Origin: the human T2T-CHM13v2.0 reference genome, Homo sapiens
Reading direction: 5' to 3' (one strand)
Assembly: GCF_009914755.1 (NCBI RefSeq)
Contig: NC_060928.1
Length of the DNA stretch: 64,000 nt
This document shows, piece after piece, positions 55,626 through 64,000 of the stretch. The notes below the pieces were generated by a model. The model had not been told where the DNA came from and did no database searches. It worked only from the letters and a program-made list of their open reading frames with translations. The first letter of the stretch is position 1. Each line of letters begins with the position of its first letter. The translations under genes and the position numbers were made by a program.

Positions 55626-56334
55626 CAAAGGTCTGTATTTTTGAATTACTATATAGGAGCATAGGAACTGCTGTGTGATTCTGGAATTGTAACAGAGGAG
55701 TAGCTAATGGAGTTTTGAGGGATATTATGATGTGCATATAGCTGGGGAAACTGGGTGCTCAGGAGTATGAACCTTCATTCACTCACTTCCTGCTCCCAGT
55801 AGGAGATTAAGAAGGCATGTGCAACTTCTTATATTTGGTATAGCTTTTGTTTCCTGCCAATCTTTTTTTTTCTTTTTGACAAAAATGCTGATTGGTTTTG
55901 CCTTGATTTATTTGTATTTAGAGGTTTTCAAAATGAGTTGGTTTAAGGCATTACGATTGAATACAAGTTAATCGATAATCACGATTGTACACCAGTTCTT
56001 CCTAATACATTTTATCCTGTGGCCCTGTAAAATTTCCAATCGACCAAAGCAAGCTTGGTTGGTAAGGGAATGACTTACACAGGATCTTTTTCATTTAGGG
56101 GTTTGCAACTTACAGTGCACCTTCACATAGGTCTTCTCATTTGACTTGCGCAATAGCCCATGAGTAAACAGCACAAGTGTTATTAGATTCAGCTGACAGA
56201 AGAGGCCACCACAAGGGCTCAGAGAGGTGAAGGGGTTTGGTCTAAGTCACAGCTAGTAAGTGGCATAGCAAGTCTACTTTCCTGCAAAAAGCATTTATTG
56301 CTTAATCATGCTAGTGTCTATTATTGTGGTTGGT

Positions 56335-56978
<644 letters not shown>

Positions 56979-57556
56979 ATTATAGTTGTTATCTCCATGT
57001 GCCAGCCACTGTGCTTGGTGCTTTATGTACGTTATCTCAATATCCACCACAAGTGCAAGAGTTGGCATTAATTACAACAGAAGAGGAAACTGAGACTTAT
57101 GTCCCCCAGACAGAGTCTTCTCATTTGGAGTTGGGTCATATAATGTAACTCTGATGCTTCATATACTATACCACATTTAGGAACACCAACCTGCCTCTCT
57201 CACTAAATGTTAGATTCCTTTCCTTGTTCTCATGTTGCCTGTTGGGGCTGAAATGGGCTCTGCTTGAGCATAATGGAGATGGAAGAAAGTGAATAACTTG
57301 GGCATAACTCATCAGTGGTGGAGCCTTGGCTGCCACAGAGGTGCTTGGTAAGGAGCTCTGAATCATATACATGGGGAATAAACCACAGCAGAGCCTACGA
57401 CAAGAAGGTGAGGAACACAGCAGCCGTCTGTTGTCATACAGCAGCTCCCTTGGAGAAGAGGCCAGTGTGGACTCCAGAAAAGCCAGGTTCTCATCGCTGC
57501 ACTGTTGTGTGTTTATAACACCCTGGTGTTCTTGACATGCTGCTTGGAGAAGCCTA

Positions 57557-57946
<390 letters not shown>

Positions 57947-58407
57947 TTATCTGTGAGCAATCTTAGTGAATTTGGCAGAGATTAGGACCAGCGTGCATTG
58001 GGAAAAACCAGAAGTGGAAAATTTGAGTAAAAATCTTCAGGAAAGTACAATAAAATGTTCCTGAAAGTTAAAATTAATCACTTGAATATGTGTGGCTTAT
58101 ATTTTTAAGTTTAAAGTTGAGTTTCAAGGTGTGGCCCCTTGTAACATTCATGAGACTGGCTATAAAAAATTGCCATTATTTTTGAAACTTTCTATTTCAA
58201 ATGATGTTGGTTTTTAAATGTTCCAAAGTAAAGAATGTGATATATCAGGCAGAGCTACAACTGGCTCTTACAAGTCTAAGCTTTTCCACCTATAAATGGG
58301 AGTAAAAACATACCTGGTAAGAGGTATCATTTTAAGTTATTGGAGATGCTCCAAAACCTATCATCTTAAAATTAAAATGCATGATTTTCAAAAGTATAGA
58401 ATGTTTA

Positions 58408-58773
<366 letters not shown>

Positions 58774-58914
58774 CTATGTCCACTGGTTTCTTTTTGTACC
58801 AAAGGAAAGGTAATCTGAAATCACTCAAATGAATTGTCCCAGAGATAGAGACTATTCAGGTGAGTGTGGTCAGATGCAGGGACAGGGTAAACTCACACTT
58901 CCTAAACGAGTGGA

Positions 58915-59400
58915 CAAATCAGGGCTTGCTCAGGAATACAGAAGCCACTCTATGTATTCCAGATATAAAGAGTTTAATTGAGAATTAGGAATTCATGCAA
59001 CCTTTGAATAGCTGGGAGGGAGGGCTGCACTGGTGCACAGGTCATAAAACTACCCCTGAAGATCAGGGGAACAGCCCCAAAGGTCAGAGTGGTTGACACT
59101 GAAGCCTACAGCTCCAAACACTTGGAGTAATTTTCAAAAGCTTGTCTGCAAGCTGCTGCACCTCTTGAGAACCTCTGAGAAGTTCTCGCTGTCTCAGTCT
59201 GCTGTGCAACCTTGCCTGTGCATTTGTGTACAAATGCCTCCAGAGAATAGGCTTCACACTCCACATCTACCCCAAGTCTTCTCCCGTGAAGTGACTCTGC
59301 AAGACGATTGTGTAGAAGTTTCCACACTTAGGAGGGGGTGTTGGTGGTGCCAAGTTAGCAGCAGACTATCCAGCAACGAGGCCTGCTTCTCTAAACTCTC
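58915..59400. mobile_element. Old LTR fragment (LTR78/79-like)
   Basis: tcaggaatacagaagccactctatgtattccag...gagtttaattgagaatt resembles old LTR ends; family uncertain. Confidence 0.4.
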
Positions 59401-59728
59401 ACAGAAAAATGAAATGTGATATAATCACTGAACAAAAATAGACCCCAACATGACTTCATTCCTTCACTCATTCATTCATTTAACAAAGTATCCTTTGAAT
59501 AGCTGGGCTATGTGGTATGTACTGGGAAAACTATTGTGTAGAGATAGATTCATCCCTGCTTATTCTACCTGGGGAGACAGTGAATATACAAGTAACACCC
59601 TCAAAAATAATCATAGCTTTTGATGATATGAAGGACACAGGGGCTATGGGGGGCGTTTTGGATGGAGTGGCAGCTCTCTGGCAACTATTTCTCATAGTTC
59701 CTTGTATTAAACTTATCTGGATATATTC

Positions 59729-60362
<634 letters not shown>

Positions 60363-61324
60363 CCATCTGGATATATTTCTTGTCTCCTCTGTGAGGTTTT
60401 AAGCTCTTGGAGAACAGGAAAGATAGATCACTTATAACTATATTTTTTATAAGTCTTGTACAGAGTAGGACAGTAGGCACCAAGTAACTATTAGTTGTAC
60501 AGATGTGGCCCACGGTTCAGAATTCCAAACATAGGCAGGTGGTTTCATACGAGTCAGATGGCAGACTGTTTTAGTTTTGCATGTGATTCACTGCTTATGT
60601 AGACAAGGCTACATTGTAGGGACTGGGCACAGATCCCTCCGATTCTTTTGTCTGATAGCTGGGATCTAGGCCTTGACACTCTGGTTCTAAGAGTTCTGAT
60701 AAAGCCGCCCTCCTTTGAGGGGATGGATTTCTCCAGTTTAACTGCCTGAAAAGGGCAGGGTCAGGGGTAACAGGATTATCAGAAGGGAAAACATGTCAAT
60801 TAATATATGCAACTAGGATTACATTACACTTGGCATCCATCCAATCTCTACAGAAAGGTTATCTTCTCAGAGAGGTTTTCCCTGAGCAGCATGCTCCTCA
60901 AAAAAGATACATGTGGAAAATTAAACCTCATCACAAATTCCAGAGATAAATATTTTAGTTTTTAAGTTATTCAAATTAAAGGTCTACATTGACTGCAGTA
61001 ATCTATTAGTGGAGTAATTGTTTAACTTTCAGAAAATGACCCATAGGACAAAAGTGATGAGTAGGACAAACATAGGTTTGTTCAAGGTTACCTTTTGGGG
61101 ATGATGTTGAAAGTCCATATCTTCCCAAAAAGCAGATCATATAATGAATCATGCTAATCATGTCCTCTTACTGGCTTAAGAATCTGTACAGATGTAAATG
61201 AGATTTACAGTTTCTTACTCTTCTTTTGTATTCTATCAAAATTGAAATAATCGCAAGGGAAACTATGCCAAGTGTTAAGTTTCTAGTCTTTTGGGTATCT
61301 CTCCATAGAAACCTATCCCAAATT

Positions 61325-61646
<322 letters not shown>

Positions 61647-63156
61647 TTATGTCTTCTCCCTGTGTTTGAGTCCCTTTGGTAAGAAACAGTCTTGATGCCC
61701 AGATTGACAGGGGAGACTAGGTAGCAAATTTTACTGCTGCCTGTCAACATATAGTTAAATGTTGGTAGTTAGAAGCCAGCTAATTCTAAGGGACCTTTCT
61801 GTGTTTCACCATTTCCCCTTCCTACTTCCCCCCTCCCCAAAGCTGTTAATGGCACATTTTGCCCCAGCCTGTGTTGCAGCCAGTGTTGAACAGATGGATC
61901 CCAGCGGCAGCCTGAAGATGGGAAATCTGTTTGGGCACAGAAGGGCTCAGATTCTTCCCCAGCTCCTGATTCCATCTTTATAAAGCCTGCTGAAAATTCA
62001 GGTCTTCTCATTGTAATCCAGAAGACATGTTCTTGGTTTTTTGCTCCTTTCTTCCACTGTGGCTGTAAATTATTTTCCCATCAGTGATTTATGTAGTATC
62101 TTTAAAGAAGAAAAATCTGTCTCAGACTGAAGAGACAGTCTGGGAGAGCCGCAAGAGCTCCCTCCATGCCACCAGGAGAGGGTCTTGGAGCATTAAACCA
62201 TGGTTTTCTTTGATTTTTTGACTGTGAAAGAAAAAAAGCTTATTCCCTCTCCCACATCTTTCTCCCTACTTCAGTCCAAAGTGCATTTAATTACCTCTCA
62301 GTGTCATGTTAAGATGTGCTGATAATTATGCTGAAAAAGATCACCTTAGACACAAAAGCAGCATGTCACTCGAGTAGGCCGTTGCATCCCTGTGCTGCGT
62401 GTCTCATTGAGCCATGCTGAACTATTTAACCTATTCATTTGGCTTGACTTAATTTGTCTCTACCAGGCATATGATGGGGGTAATATGGTAAGGACACATT
62501 CTGGGGAATTTTAATATCAAAAAATTATGGAGTACTGGTTTTATTGTTTGCTGTGATAACCAATTAATCAAAATATTTATCAGGCATCTACTCTAGGCAA
62601 AGCATACTGCCACATGCTACTGTGAAAACAGCACCAACCCCCAGAGCCCTGGAATGGCAGTGATCATTTAGTTACCTAGTATATTCTTTCTTTTTTCTTT
62701 AGGACATGTAAAAACTCACACTCCCTGGCCTCCCAACTTTGGAACAGTGTCTAGCACATAGTTAGGAATTTTGATTGGAAAGTACCATACAAGATGAAGA
62801 AATAATCTTCCTTTGTGTAGATTAATATGGGAAGCTGAGTTTCAAATCAGAAGGACAGTGAATAATCATGGAATTGGTATAAGGGGAGTTAGTTTTAAAA
62901 TGGAAGGGCTCAAATGTGGCAAAGTAGAAGAGTAGCTTCCTGAAGAAGATCAAATGGTTGTCTATCAGGTGGCCTCACAGGATGGTCTTTACTTTCATGA
63001 ATTCATAGTAATCTGATCTTATAGAATCAGAAACTTAAAATTTATCACTGGGTAAAATGGTTCCTTCTGTAGGAGTTGACTCATTAGTCAAGATCATACA
63101 GATTGATGTATAACCACAATATCAGTTTATTAATTAACATTAAGAAATAATTGCTG

Positions 63157-63741
<585 letters not shown>

Positions 63742-63789
63742 AAGACCCTGTTTCTAAAGGAAAAAAAAAAAAAGTAAGAAAAAAGAAAT

Positions 63790-63968
63790 AATTAGCTGGG
63801 CATGGTGGTGTGTGCCTGTAGTCCTAGCTACTCAGGAGGCTGAGGCAGGAGGATTGCTTGGGCCCAATAGTTTGAGGCTACAGGGAGCCGTGATCATACC
63901 ACTGTGCTCCAGCATGGGTGACAGAATGAGACCCTGTCTCTAAAAAATAAAATTCAATAAAAATAAAA
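63790..63968 (+). mobile_element. FRAM / AluJ right arm
   Basis: Right monomer with A tail, flanked by aagaaataat. Confidence 0.82.
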
Positions 63969-64000
63969 GAAATAATAGGCAGGTAGAACAAATCCAATAA

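Overview
Primate (human-like) non-coding genomic DNA, intergenic or deep intronic. I found no protein-coding gene; nearly all listed ORFs are translations of Alu, L1, LTR or Tigger repeats. The window has about 43 Alu copies, a 5'-truncated L1MA with a 20-bp TSD, older L1M, L2 and MIR relics, and DNA transposon fossils (Tigger3, MER30, MER5A). Six solo LTRs cluster at 5.6-12.7 kb: THE1, MSTB, MLT1 containing MER11, and MER52 containing LTR12C. A short tailless U2 snRNA retropseudogene lies at 55.6 kb. Three observations are not explained by repeat annotation. (1) A ~120-140 bp cassette (poly(A) plus a G-quadruplex matching the c-MYC Pu22 motif at 21/22 nt) occurs twice as a near-identical direct repeat around a motif-dense 2.15-kb candidate enhancer. 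(2) A 28-nt inverted, microhomology-flanked copy of nearby unique DNA sits inside an antisense AluJ and supplies a consensus 5' splice donor. (3) The LTR12C retains nine CCAAT boxes, but its poly(A) signal appears mutated. None of these is a demonstrated new system. Repeat subfamily calls come from remembered consensus sequences, and boundaries without a stated TSD are approximate.
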